64,000 nucleotides of DNA from Eledone cirrhosa (Eukaryota), in assembly GCA_964016885.1 (NCBI GenBank), contig CAXHJY010001640.1:20001-84000 (forward strand), given 5' to 3'. Below the pieces are notes generated by a model that was given only the letters and a program-made list of their open reading frames with translations, made no database searches and was not told the origin of the DNA. A program made the position numbers and the translations under genes. This document shows positions 37,501 to 52,077 of the stretch, piece by piece; position 1 is the stretch's first letter; each line of letters starts with the position of its first letter.

Positions 37501-40500
37501 TGTGTGTGTGTATGGATGTGTACCTGTCGTGTCTATGTGTGTGTGTATTATATGTGTGTGTGTGTATGGATGTGTACCTGTCGTGTCTACGTGTGTGTGT
37601 ATTATATATGTGTGTGTGTTTGGGTGTGTATCTGTCGTGTCCACGTGTGTGTGTATTATATGTGTGTGTGTGTGTATGGGTGTGTATCTGTCGTGTCTAC
37701 GTGTGTGTGTATTATATGTGTGTGTGTGTATGGATGTGTACCTGTCGTGTCTATGTGTGTGTGTATTATATGTGTGTGTGTGTATGGATGTGTACCTGTC
37801 GTGTCTACGTGTGTGTGTATTATATATGTGTGTGTATTTGGGTGTGTATCTGTCGTGTTCACGTGTGTGTGTATTATATGTGTGTGTGTATGGATGTGTA
37901 TCTGTCGTGTCTATGTGTGTGTGTATTATATATGTGTGTGTGTATGGGTGTGTATCTGTCGTGTCTACGTGTGTGTGTATTATATATGTGTGTGTGTTTG
38001 GGTGTGTATCTGTCGTGTCCACGTGTGTGTGTATTATATGTGTGTGTGTGTGTATGGGTGTGTATCTGTCGTGTCTACGTGTGTGTGTATTATATGTGTG
38101 TGTGTGTATGGATGTGTACCTGTCGTGTCTATGTGTGTGTGTATTATATGTGTGTGTGTGTATGGATGTGTACCTGTCGTGTCTACGTGTGTGTGTATTA
38201 TATATGTGTGTGTGTTTGGGTGTGTATCTGTCGTGTCCACGTGTGTGTGTATTATATGTGTGTGTGTATGGATGTGTATCTGTCGTGTCTATGTGTGTGT
38301 GTATTATATATGTGTGTGTGTATGGGTGTGTATCTGTCGTGTCCACGTGTGTGTGTATTATATGTGTGAGTGTGTGTATGGGTGTGTATCTGTCGTGTCT
38401 ACGTGTGTGTGTATTATATGTGTGTGTGTGTATGGATGTGTACCTGTCGTGTCTATGTGTGTGTGTATTATATGTGTGTGTGTATGGATGTGTATCTGCC
38501 GTGTCTACGTGTGTGTGTATTATGTGTGTGTATGTGTGTATGGGTGTGTATATGTCGTGTCTACGTGTGTGTGTATTATGTGTGTGTGTGTGTATGGGTG
38601 TGTATATGTCGTGTCTACGTGTGTGTGTATTATATGTGTGTTTGTGTATGGGTGTGTATCTGTCGTGTCTACGTGTGTGTGTATTATATGTGTGTGTGTA
38701 TGGATGTGTATCTGTCGTGTCTACGTGTGTGTGTATTATATGTGTGTGTGTATGGATGTGTATCTGTCGTGTCTACGTGTGTGTGTATTATATGTGTGTG
38801 TGTGTATGGATGTGTATCTGTCGTGTCTACGTGTGTGTGTATTATATGTGTGTGTGTATGGATGTGTATCTGTCGTGTCTACGTGTGTGTGTATTATATG
38901 TGTGTGTGTGTATGGATGTATATCTGTCGTGTCTACGTGTGTGTGTATTATATGTGTGTGTGTGTATGGATGTGTATCTGTCGTGTCTACGTGTGTGTAT
39001 GTATGGGTGTGTATCTGCCGTGTCTACGTGTGTGTGTATTATGTGTGTGTGTGTGTGTGTGTATAGGTGTGTATATGTCGTGTCTACGTGTGTGTGTATT
39101 ATATGTGTGTGTGTGTATGGATGTGTATCTGTCGTGTCTACGTGTGTGTGTATTATATGTGTGTGTGTATGGATGTGTATCTGTCGTGTCTACGTGTGTG
39201 TGTATTATATGTGTGTGTGTGTATGGATGTGTATATGTCGTGTCTACGTGTGTGTGTATTATATGTGTGTGTGTGTATGGGTGTGTATCTGTCGTGTCTA
39301 CGTGTGTGTGTATTATATGAGTGTGTGTGTATGGGTGTGTATCTGTCGTGTCTACGTGTGTGTGTATTATATGTGTGTGTGTGTATGGATGTGTATCTGT
39401 CGTGTCTACGTGTGTGTGTATTATATATGTGTGTGTGTGTGTATGGATGTGTATCTGTCGTGTCTACGTGTGTGTGTATTGTATGTGTGTGTGTGTATGG
39501 ATGTGTATCTGTCGTGTCTACGTTTGTGTGTATTATATGAGTGTGTGTGTATGGGTGTGTATCTGTCGTGTCTACGTGTGTGTGTATTATATGTGTCTGT
39601 GTGTATAGATGTGTATCTGTCGTGTCTACGTGTGTGCGTATTATATGTGTGTGTGTGTATGGGTGTGTATCTGTCGTGTCTACGTGTGTGTGTATTATAT
39701 GTGTGTGTGTGTGTGTATGGATGTGTATCTGTCGTGTCTACATGTGTGTGTATTATATGTCTGTGTGTGTATGGATGTGTATCTGTCGTGTCTACGTGTG
39801 TGTGTATTATATGAGTGTGTGTGTATGGATGTGTATCTGTCGTGTCTACGTGTGTGTGTATTATATATGTGTGTGTGTGTGTATGGATGTGTATCTGTCG
39901 TGTCTACGTGTGTGTGTATTATATGAGTGTGTGTGTATCTGTCGTGTCTACGTGTGTGTGTATTATATGTCTGTGTGTGTATGGATGTGTATCTGTCGTG
40001 TCTACGTGTGTGTGTATTATATGAGTGTGTGTATGGATGTGTATATGTCGTGTCTACGTGTGTGTGTATTATATGTGTGTGTGTGTATGGGTGCGTATCT
40101 GTCGTGTCTACGTGTGTGTGTATTATATGAGTGTGTGTGTATGGATGTGTATCTGTCGTGTCTACGTGTGTGTGTATTATATGTGTGTGTGTGTGTATGG
40201 ATGTGTACCTGTCGTGTCTACGTGTGTGTGTATTATATGTTTGTGTGTGTATGGATGTGTATCTGTCGTGTCTACGTGTGTGTGTATTATATATGTGTGT
40301 GTGTGTGTATGGATGTGTATCTGTCGTGTCTACGTGTGTGTGTATTATATGAGTGTGTGTGTATGGGTGTGTATCTGTCGTGTCTACGTGTGTGTGTATT
40401 ATATGTGTCTGTGTGTATAGATGTGTATCTGTCGTGTCTACGTGTGTGTGTATTATATGTGTGTGTGTGTATGGATGTGTACCTGTCGTGTCTACGTGTG

Positions 40501-43486
40501 TGTGTATTATATATGTGTGTGTGTTTGGGTGTGTATCTGTCGTGTCCACGTGTGTGTGTATTATATGTGTGTGTGTATGGATGTGTATCTGTCGTGTCTA
40601 TGTGTGTGTGTATTATATATGTGTGTGTGTATGGGTGTGTATCTGTCGTGTCCACGTGTGTGTGTATTATATGTGTGAGTGTGTGTATGGGTGTGTATCT
40701 GTCGTGTCTACGTGTGTGTGTATTATATGTGTGTGTGTGTATGGATGTGTACCTGTCGTGTCTATGTGTGTGTGTATTATATGTGTGTGTGTATGGATGT
40801 GTATCTGCCGTGTCTACGTGTGTGTGTATTATGTGTGTGTATGTGTGTATGGGTGTGTATATGTCGTGTCTACGTGTGTGTGTATTATGTGTGTGTGTGT
40901 GTATGGGTGTGTATATGTCGTGTCTACGTGTGTGTGTATTATATGTGTGTTTGTGTATGGGTGTGTATCTGTCGTGTCTACGTGTGTGTGTATTATATGT
41001 GTGTGTGTATGGATGTGTATCTGTCGTGTCTACGTGTGTGTGTATTATATGTGTGTGTGTATGGATGTGTATCTGTCGTGTCTACGTGTGTGTGTATTAT
41101 ATGTGTGTGTGTGTATGGATGTGTATCTGTCGTGTCTACGTGTGTGTGTATTATATGTGTGTGTGTATGGATGTGTATCTGTCGTGTCTACGTGTGTGTG
41201 TATTATATGTGTGTGTGTGTATGGATGTATATCTGTCGTGTCTACGTGTGTGTGTATTATATGTGTGTGTGTGTATGGATGTGTATCTGTCGTGTCTACG
41301 TGTGTGTATGTATGGGTGTGTATCTGCCGTGTCTACGTGTGTGTGTATTATGTGTGTGTGTGTGTGTGTGTATAGGTGTGTATATGTCGTGTCTACGTGT
41401 GTGTGTATTATATGTGTGTGTGTGTATGGATGTGTATCTGTCGTGTCTACGTGTGTGTGTATTATATGTGTGTGTGTATGGATGTGTATCTGTCGTGTCT
41501 ACGTGTGTGTGTATTATATGTGTGTGTGTGTATGGATGTGTATATGTCGTGTCTACGTGTGTGTGTATTATATGTGTGTGTGTGTATGGGTGTGTATCTG
41601 TCGTGTCTACGTGTGTGTGTATTATATGAGTGTGTGTGTATGGGTGTGTATCTGTCGTGTCTACGTGTGTGTGTATTATATGTGTGTGTGTGTATGGATG
41701 TGTATCTGTCGTGTCTACGTGTGTGTGTATTATATATGTGTGTGTGTGTGTATGGATGTGTATCTGTCGTGTCTACGTGTGTGTGTATTGTATGTGTGTG
41801 TGTGTATGGATGTGTATCTGTCGTGTCTACGTTTGTGTGTATTATATGAGTGTGTGTGTATGGGTGTGTATCTGTCGTGTCTACGTGTGTGTGTATTATA
41901 TGTGTCTGTGTGTATAGATGTGTATCTGTCGTGTCTACGTGTGTGCGTATTATATGTGTGTGTGTGTATGGGTGTGTATCTGTCGTGTCTACGTGTGTGT
42001 GTATTATATGTGTGTGTGTGTGTGTATGGATGTGTATCTGTCGTGTCTACATGTGTGTGTATTATATGTCTGTGTGTGTATGGATGTGTATCTGTCGTGT
42101 CTACGTGTGTGTGTATTATATGAGTGTGTGTGTATGGATGTGTATCTGTCGTGTCTACGTGTGTGTGTATTATATATGTGTGTGTGTGTGTATGGATGTG
42201 TATCTGTCGTGTCTACGTGTGTGTGTATTATATGAGTGTGTGTGTATGGGTGTGTATCTGTCGTGTCTACGTGTGTGTGTATTATATGTCTGTGTGTGTA
42301 TGGATGTGTATCTGTCGTGTCTACGTGTGTGTGTATTATATGAGTGTGTGTATGGATGTGTATATGTCGTGTCTACGTGTGTGTGTATTATATGTGTGTG
42401 TGTGTATGGGTGCGTATCTGTCGTGTCTACGTGTGTGTGTATTATATGAGTGTGTGTGTATGGATGTGTATCTGTCGTGTCTACGTGTGTGTGTATTATA
42501 TGTGTGTGTGTGTGTATGGATGTGTACCTGTCGTGTCTACGTGTGTGTGTATTATATGTTTGTGTGTGTATGGATGTGTATCTGTCGTGTCTACGTGTGT
42601 GTGTATTATATGTGTGTGTGTGTGTGTATGGGTGTGCATCTGTCGTGTCTACGTGTGTGTGTATTATATGAGTGTGTGTGTATGGATGTGTATCTGTCGT
42701 GTCTACGTGTGTGTGTATTATATGTCTGTGTGTGTATGGGTGTGTATCTGTCGTGTCTACGTGTGTGTGTATTATATGTCTGTGTGTGTATGGATGTGTA
42801 TTTGTCGTGTCTACGTGTGTGTGTACTATATGAGTGTGTGTGTGTATGGGTGTGTATCTGTCGTGTCTACGTGTGTGTGTATTATATGTGTGTGTGTGTG
42901 TATGGATGTGTATCTGTCGTGTCTACATGTGTGTGTATTATATGAGTGTGTGTGTGTATGGGTGTGTATCTGTCGTGTCTACGTGTGTGTGTATTATATG
43001 TGTGTGTGTGTGTATGGATGTGTATCTGTCGTGTCTACGTGTGTGTGTATTATATGTGTGTGAGTATATGGATGTGTATCTGTCGTGTCTACGTGTGTGT
43101 GTATTATGTGTGTGTGTGTGTATGGATGTGTATCTGTCGTGTGTACGTGTGTGTGTATTATATGAGTGTGTGTGTGTATGGGTGTGTATCTGTCGTGTCT
43201 ACGTGTGTGTGTACTATATGTGTGTGTGTGTGTATGGATGTGTATCTGTCGTGTCTACATGTGTGTGTATTATATGTGTGTGAGTATATGGATGTGTATC
43301 TGTCGTGTCTACGTGTGTGTGTATTATGTGTGTGTGTGTGTGTATGGATGTGTATCTGTCGTGTCTATGTGTGTGTGTATTATATGTGTGTGTGTGTGTA
43401 TGGATGTGTATCTGTCTTATCTACGTGTGTGTGTGTATTATATGTGTGTGTATGGATGGGTATCTGTCGTGTCTACGTGTGTGTGT
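31501..43486. repeat. Satellite array, 52-54 bp unit ATGG(A/G)TGTGTATCTGTCGTGTCTACGTGTGTGTGTATTATA(TG)n
   Basis: Continuous ~12 kb array; roughly 220-230 units estimated from length divided by unit. Confidence 0.97.
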
Positions 43487-43770
43487 ATCGCTGAAATCCA
43501 CGGAGATCCATCAAAAGACGAAGTATGGATGAAATCATGCAGCGACCCCTATGAGCAGGTTGTTCAGTTGATCGAATAACAGGAACAGTCATCGCTGAAA
43601 CCGACGGAGTTCCATCGAAAGATCCATTGAAAGACGAAGTATGGATGAAATCATGCAGCGACCTCTATGAGCAGGCTATTCAGTTGATCTAATAACGGGA
43701 ACGCTCATTGTTGAAACTGACGGAGATCCATCGAAAGACGAAGTATGAATGAATACATGCAGCGACCCCT
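43487..43770 (+). repeat. Tandemly repeated family B SINE tail
   Basis: GACGAAGTATG..CATGCAGCGACC three times; ATGAGCAGG..TTCAGTTGATC twice. Confidence 0.75.
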
Positions 43771-44214
43771 TGCATCCATTGCTATGTGCCATCAACGATG
43801 TCTTATTACTCACAGAGTATCGTTTACTCCACAGTCTATATAACATCGTAAATCATTCTTGTCTAAAATTTAATCAAGTCATTCCATATACACACGTAGA
43901 TTATGTATCAATAGGATATCCAACGATTTGATATTATTGTGAAGATGGGTTTCTGTTATATTCGGTGTCGGTGGTAAGATGGTAGTGATAGGTAAGTGTG
44001 GCAGGGGGTGAAATGTGTTGAGGGGTGGTGGGAGATGGTGGGAGGTGGTGAGAGGTGGTGGTGTGAGGCGCAAGAGGTGGTGGGAGGTGATGATTATATG
44101 GGAGGAATGGAGAGAGGTGGCTATATATACAGTGAAAGGTGGTGGGAAACGTTGATAGGCAGTGAGAAGTATTGAGAGGAGGTAGTTAAGGTGGCGATGT
44201 ATGGTGAGAGGAAG

Positions 44215-44281
<67 letters not shown>

Positions 44282-44487
44282 GAAGAGGTCGATAGAAGAC
44301 GATAGTATAGCATTTATGATAGGTTATTTACAGTGAGGTTTGGTTATTTACGGTGAGGTAAGATATAGTTAGCTGGGGGACTGGAAGTGGGCGTCGATGA
44401 TGATGGTGATGGTGGTGATAGTGGTGATGGTGATGGTGTTGATGGTGTTGATGATGTTGGTGGTGGTGGTGGTGTTGTTGGTATTAG

Positions 44488-44501
44488 TTATGTATATATA
44501 C

Positions 44502-44533
<32 letters not shown>

Positions 44534-44536
44534 GTA

Positions 44537-44575
<39 letters not shown>

Positions 44576-44683
44576 CATATATATATATGTACATATATAT
44601 ATATATACATGTATATATATATTATACATATATATATATATGTACATATATATATATATACATGTATATATACATATATATAT

Positions 44684-44755
<72 letters not shown>

Positions 44756-44800
44756 ATATATATATATATATACATGTATATATATATATATATATTATAC

Positions 44801-44835
<35 letters not shown>

Positions 44836-44851
44836 CATGTATATATACATG

Positions 44852-44930
<79 letters not shown>

Positions 44931-45087
44931 ATATATACATGTATATATATACATATATATGTATATATATACATATATATATACATGTATATATATATAT
45001 ATACATGTATAAATATACATGTATATATATACATATATATGTATATATATATACATATATATATACATGTATATATAAATATACATG

Positions 45088-45118
<31 letters not shown>

Positions 45119-45370
45119 ATATATATATATATACATGTATATATATATATATATATGTATGTATATATATATATATATACATATATATACATATATAAAC
45201 ATATATATGTATATATATATATATATACATATATATGTATATATATATATATACATATATATGTATATATATATATATATATATACATATAAATGTATAT
45301 ATTTATATATATATATACATATATATGTATATATATATACATACATATATATGTATATATATATATATAG
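44488..45370. repeat. (AT)n-rich complex microsatellite
   Basis: Direct reading. Confidence 0.95.
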
Positions 45371-45372
45371 TA

Positions 45373-45950
45373 TGTAGTTTCACTAAATTACTAAAGCTGA
45401 TTGGTTTAAGCGTCACGGCTGGTTGAGCATGCTAACGACCAATGATCATATCCAAAGCATGTGATGTTGATGGTGATGTTGATGGTGATGATTAATAGAA
45501 AATGCTATTTTCATTATTTCTAAAAATAGCAAAACAATTGATGCTTTGGATATGATCATTGGTCGTTAGCATGCTCAACCAGCCGTGACGCTTAAACCAA
45601 TCAGCTTTAGTAATTTAGTGAAACTACACACTGATTGGTCGAAATACAGTTTACAGGGCTTAGCATTCTGGAGCCACTTTTCTCTGTATAAAATGTATAA
45701 AAGGTAGGAAATTTACCCATCTCATTACAGTTGAAAATTGCAAACTCGACTGTCACCACATATTATGAACCTGAAGATTGCGAAAGCATGAAAGTACTTG
45801 TTCAATTAACACTTAGAATTTAATATTCTATCATACTATTTCATTATAATACCATTATATATTTTAAAGGATTGTAAATAAAACGAGTAAATCAGACAAA
45901 GTTGGAATTCCTCTTATTAATATAATCTTCTATACACAATCATACACACC
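45373..45950 (+). mobile_element. PLE pLTR-like element with 88 bp inverted repeat and hammerhead
   Basis: 45373-45460 is the exact reverse complement of 45541-45628; CCAAT/ATTGG boxes, TATAAAA twice (45687-45702), hammerhead, AATAAA; embedded in (AT)n. Confidence 0.7.
45766..45804 (+). ncRNA. Minimal type I hammerhead ribozyme
   Basis: TGAAC-CTGAAGA-tTGCgaaaGCAt-GAAAGTACTT-GTTCA; palindrome AAGTACTT. Confidence 0.8.
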
Positions 45951-45952
45951 CG

Positions 45953-46036
45953 TGTATATTTACCTATCTATATCTATATGTATATATATATACATATATA
46001 TATATGTATATATATATATATGTATACATATATATG

Positions 46037-46072
<36 letters not shown>

Positions 46073-46475
46073 CATATATATGTATATATATATATGTATA
46101 CATATATATGTATATATATATGTATATATATATGTATATATATATATACATATATATGTATATATATATATATATGTATATATATATACATATATATGTA
46201 TATATATATATGTATATATATATGTATACATGTATATGTATATATATATATATGTATATATATATATACATATATATGTATATGTATATGTATATATGTA
46301 TATATATATGTGTATATATGTATATATATAAGTGTATATATATACATATATATGTATATATATATATAAATATATATATATATATGAATATATATATATA
46401 TGAATATATATATATATATGTGTATATATATACATATATATGTATATATATATATAAATATATATATATATATGA

Positions 46476-46508
<33 letters not shown>

Positions 46509-46529
46509 CATATATATGTATATATAAAT

Positions 46530-46582
<53 letters not shown>

Positions 46583-47058
46583 CATATATATGTATATATA
46601 TATATAAATATATATATATATAAATGAATATATATATATATATATATGAATATATATATACATATATATAAATATATATATATACATATATATAAATATG
46701 TATATATGTATACATATATATATGTATATATGTATATATATATGTATATTTATATACATATATATAGATGTATACGTATATTTATATATACATGTATATA
46801 TATATGTATATATATATATGTATATATGTATATTTATATATACATGTATATATATATGTATATATATATATATACATGTATATATATATGTATATTTATA
46901 TATACATGTATATATATATATGTATATATATATATACATGTATATATATATGTATATTTATATATACATGTATATATATATGTATATATATATATATAAA
47001 TGTATATATATATGTATATATATACATGTATATATATATATGTATATATATATACATA

Positions 47059-47128
<70 letters not shown>
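45953..47128. repeat. (AT)n-rich complex microsatellite
   Basis: Direct reading. Confidence 0.95.
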
Positions 47129-47131
<3 letters not shown>

Positions 47132-49530
47132 TTATACTTTGGGAGGGTCCTGTTGCCAATAAGAAACACACGCACCAGTTGCTTTCACTTCAATTTATTA
47201 TAATAAATTTATAAACTTAGGAATTTATAAATTTACGGTTGGTTGGTTGGTTCCACAACCAGATAGTTGTTTATATATTGTCAAAGTTCTTTCGTCACAC
47301 ATTCTGTGACCTCTTCAGTGACTGGGGATTCTTTTCTTTGTTTTTGTGCCTCTCCTTTGTTCTGTCCTACGCCATTTTGTTTCTGTGTGTGTGTTGTGTG
47401 CTCAGTCTGCGCATGCGCCACATCCGGGTGTCTGTGTGTGTTTATATTCGTTTATTTATTTGTTTATTTACATGTTACAGGTTGGTTGTTTGTTCTATGT
47501 GCGTGTGTGTTTTCATTTTGTCTTTAATTGTAAGTTGTGATGTTGCCGTTCCACTCATATTTTCTATTTAATTTTGGTTGTAATTCTTTTATGTTTATTG
47601 CTTCTGTGATTTGTCTAAACATTGCGTCTTTTCTGTGTGCAAATTCTATTTTTATTTCTATGTTCTCTAATTTACCCTTATGTTCTATTTTAGCATGTTG
47701 GTAGAGTACAGGTGATTCTTTACTATCTTGAAGGTCTCGCCAGTGTTCATTTATCCGTTCCTCTACACTACGAGCTGTTTCACCTATATACACTATATTT
47801 TTGTCTCTACATTGTCCTTCAGTACATCTTATGCTATATACTACATTTCTAGTTTTACAGTTAATATGGGGGCTTAATTTACAAGTTATACATTTCTTAT
47901 CTATACAGGGGGTCTTTGAAAAGGGTATGTCTTGCTAATAAGTGCTTTTACGGAGGTACCTGGTCTTTCTACTATCTTAATATTGAGTTTATGTTTATCT
48001 AGGGCCCTTCTAAATTTGTAAGCTAATTCACCTCTAGGGGTTGTATCGATGAACATTCCACTCTGGTATTTATTGCTATCATACCATAAGTTTATTCTAT
48101 TAGCCTTATTCCTAGTTCTTTCTATTCTATTCCAAAATTTGCTCCTATACAAGGGACAGGTCCCATTTGTGTCATTATTTACCATTTTTTCCCATTTGGT
48201 TCTGGCTCCTTTATACACTCTGATTTTATCTCTCTGATTGTAACCAGAGAACTGCATACGCTGGATGAAGTGTTGTATGCGTCTCTCTAGTTCTTCGGGG
48301 TTGCACATGCGGGACACGTTTCTCATCACCCGTACCAAATCCGCAATCAGTATGTTGATTTTGGTATGGTCCGAAACAGCTGAGTTTCGGTGGATCAGAT
48401 ATTTGGAAGTCATGGGTTTGCCATAATGGGAATGGGGGATTTGTTTTTTGTTATTAATGGTATCTAACCAGAGCCCTGTGTCTAGTACAGGTAATTGATG
48501 GTTGGGGTGTTTACTTGGGTAGTCTATAGTAACTCTAATACTCTGTGGATGGAGTTAGCTATTTGCTGGATGCTTTCCATTGTGTTTTTCTCTAATTCCT
48601 GACTGTTCTCTAGTGGGGGTGTCTTAACTACGATGTTTATATCATCAACGTAGCGGGAGTACATTATCAGGGTTAAGGGGTCTTCTAATTGTTCTTTAAG
48701 TTTAAGTTTAAGTCTACTGTCCCACCATACCATGAATAAGTTAGCTATGTCGCCTGCAATGCTAACACCAATGGTTGCTCCTTCCTCTTGGGCATATGTT
48801 TTTCCATTAAATTTGAACATATGTTCCTTAGGGGTTAACTTAATGCTGGCCCCCACCGCATGTGCAATCATTTTCTTCAGTTCATCGTGGTTTTCGAGTC
48901 TCCGTATGGCTCTGGTCCACCCGTTCCATCTTTCTGTGTGGGTTTTCTTGGCCATTGAGGTAATGGTAGGTGGTCTGCCTCTTGCTGGTCTTGTAGGGCA
49001 CGGGTTGCTAAGGTCATATGTGTCTAGGTAATTATTAGTATAGTTAAGTTTAAGTAGGAGTCCCAGCTTACTGGTATCAATCCCACGGAACTCAACATTG
49101 CTCTCACTGATCATTTCTACGCATTTCTCCACAGCAAAATCCACGTCAATAGATGGATACAGGGACACAACATCCATACTACCTATTATACAGTTTGTTA
49201 GGTCCCTAGATCGGTTACTCTCGCCGATTCTGCTGAGGAGGTCCTCCGTGCTGTCACATACATCTGGGGACATTTCAATGATGGGGCGTATGATCAGGGG
49301 GAGGAAGTAGGACAGTCTGTAGTTACTAGCAATGTTAGCTCCACAGACTGGCCGTGTTGGTGATCCCGTGACAGGGTCACTGCAGATCTTTCTCCCAGTT
49401 GCTGGGCCTCCATTCTATTATGCTTCTTGCTATACTGTTCTATAGTATTTCTAAGTTCGGATCTAGCTATACTAAATTGTGCTTCTGTTTGTTCATCGAC
49501 CTGCGACGGCAATTGCGTGCGTTTGTTAAA
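47128..49530 (-). mobile_element. Penelope-like retroelement (RT plus GIY-YIG), second lineage, frameshifted
   Basis: SMDVVSLYPSID, QEEGATIGVSIAG, YSRYVDDI, KPMTSKYLIH, FSGYN, VYIGETARSVEERINEH, RQITEA, LNRKYEWN; 3' hammerhead; ends at (AT)n. Confidence 0.92.
47280..47322 (-). ncRNA. Minimal type I hammerhead ribozyme in PLE 3' end
   Basis: Minus: GTCA-CTGAAGA-gGTCACAgaatgTGTGAC-GAAAG-aa-CTT-TGAC. Confidence 0.7.
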
Positions 49531-49534
49531 TGGT

Positions 49535-50095
49535 AAAGTCGTGGCGTGGACTCGTTGGCGACTAAACTGGCAACCCCACCAAGGTTTCTTGGTGAGGAGG
49601 GTGACTTTGGACATCCTGCAGGACTAAAAACAAAACCTGTCAAAGGGCAAAGGAGCTCTTAAGAGTCAATGGCCATCCAAAATCACCGGGAGAGATCACC
49701 CCTTAGCCTTTGTCAAGGCAGAATTCTAGAAGGAAAACTCTGATATAACACCTGCAACCCTGATGGTATCCAATGATGTTGACTTGTTCTTCTTTTTGGT
49801 ATATATCATCTTGGTTAAGAGAGTGGGACTGGCTTTGGGCAGTGCCTTTGCACACTATAAAAGCTTCACGGCACAGGCATTGCTTTATATCTGGAGATCT
49901 CTCTGCACTTGTCGTCACATGGTACCATGGGCCCAGAACTATGTGTCAATAATTGTCACAAGTGTAGTGTTTGTACCATAGTTTTCAAGTCGTTGGCTGG
50001 ACTAAAAAGTCACACTCGTTCAGCGCATCGCTAGGGGTTCTCCTACATGGATATAATGTAGTGGCCGTACTCGAAAACGAGTTGGCAGCCACCAT
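49535..50095 (+). mobile_element. Possible RTE-type 5'UTR fragment
   Basis: CACCAAG-gttt-CTTGGTG hairpin and AGAAGGAAAACTCTGAT resemble RTE 5' leaders (from recall). Confidence 0.3.
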
Positions 50096-50156
50096 ATGTG
50101 TGTGTATATATATATATATATATAGATAGATATAGATATGTATATATATAGATATA

Positions 50157-50247
<91 letters not shown>

Positions 50248-50272
50248 ATAGTGGTGTAACACACGAGTTGTG

Positions 50273-50583
50273 ATATATTGGTAAAAGGAAAAGAAAATAC
50301 TGACAAATTGTTCCCAGTGAAAAATAGTTTAATTAGGAATAAGTAAAAATTAGTAATCTTTTTTCACATAAAACAGGTAGCATTTCCAAAACTAATCAGA
50401 TTAGAGCAAACATCACGGACGCTCTATCTCAAAATTATTTTTGAAAAGCATTAGAAATGCGCAACCGGTAAAAACTTAAAACTAAAACTGAATACTAACC
50501 AATACTTATTACTAATTTTTACTTATTCCTAATTAAACTATTTTTCACTGGGAACAATTTGTCAGCATTTTCTTTTCCTTTTA

Positions 50584-50592
<9 letters not shown>
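50273..50592. mobile_element. MITE-like element with ~85 bp terminal inverted repeats
   Basis: 50273-50357 vs 50508-50592, one mismatch; ends in TA/(AT)n. Confidence 0.75.
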
Positions 50593-51160
<568 letters not shown>

Positions 51161-51316
51161 TAAATGTAATCTAAGTTTTTTGAATATTAATAATAACATT
51201 CGATTCGTTTGCAATTATGCAAACAAGCCTCAGTTTTATAGCCATGTCAGTAGAATGAACCCTTCATTCTTGCTCTTGTGTTGGCATGTGAACCCGAACT
51301 TTTTCTTTTTTTCTTT

Positions 51317-51365
<49 letters not shown>

Positions 51366-51494
51366 GACTTCTTTTTCTTAGTGAAGCAACGTTGATGCTT
51401 CTTTCAAATTCAAAAACATTCCTATAGCTCAACGGTTCTAAAAGTAGATTGCTTACATTTGCTGCCGATTTGTTTCCAGAGAAAGAATTAAACC

Positions 51495-51645
51495 CTGTAG
51501 CATACTGGTACTTTTCTTATCAACTTCGAAAGGATGTAAGGCAAAATTGACCTCGGCGGGATTTGAACTATGGGTGCAGAGAGCTGGAACGAATAGCGCA
51601 CATCATTCTATCCGACACTCTAACGACTCTGTCAATTCGCCACCT
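51495..51645 (-). mobile_element. OR-type SINE
   Basis: Reverse complement has AGTTCAAATCCCGCCGAGGTCAATTTTGCC and AAGTACCAGT. Confidence 0.75.
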
Positions 51646-52022
51646 TACGTGCATTTGATTTAAATCCTTTGGAAGTTTAACTGCTAAGATTTCGGGAATA
51701 AGATCATGAACTTTTATACGATTTTTCTTATCTATAGAGTTTGATATGTGGCCATGTCTCTGAGCAAAGTTAAAATCTGTTTCACGTACTAAACTATAGT
51801 TTTGTTGCTAACCATTGAAGATTGATACTTAAGACTTACGGGATTAAGACTATGAGGCTTTCAGTATATTTAGTTATCTATCTTAAGTTCGAAATGGCTG
51901 ATTAGATTAGAAACAATGAATATTCAGTGTAGCCTAGTTAATAGTTATTACAGTAGTGTATTGAGCCTTGCTTTGGCACTGAATGGATTCCGCTTTGTTG
52001 ATACGCCTGAGAGAATGGATTC

Positions 52023-52077
<55 letters not shown>

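Noticed and set aside
31501-43486. CRISPR-like repeat/spacer appearance
   Set aside because: Intervening parts are (TG)n variants, not unique spacers; eukaryotic context with no cas genes
44387-47214. Tyr/Ile-rich ORFs
   Set aside because: Translations of (AT)n microsatellites
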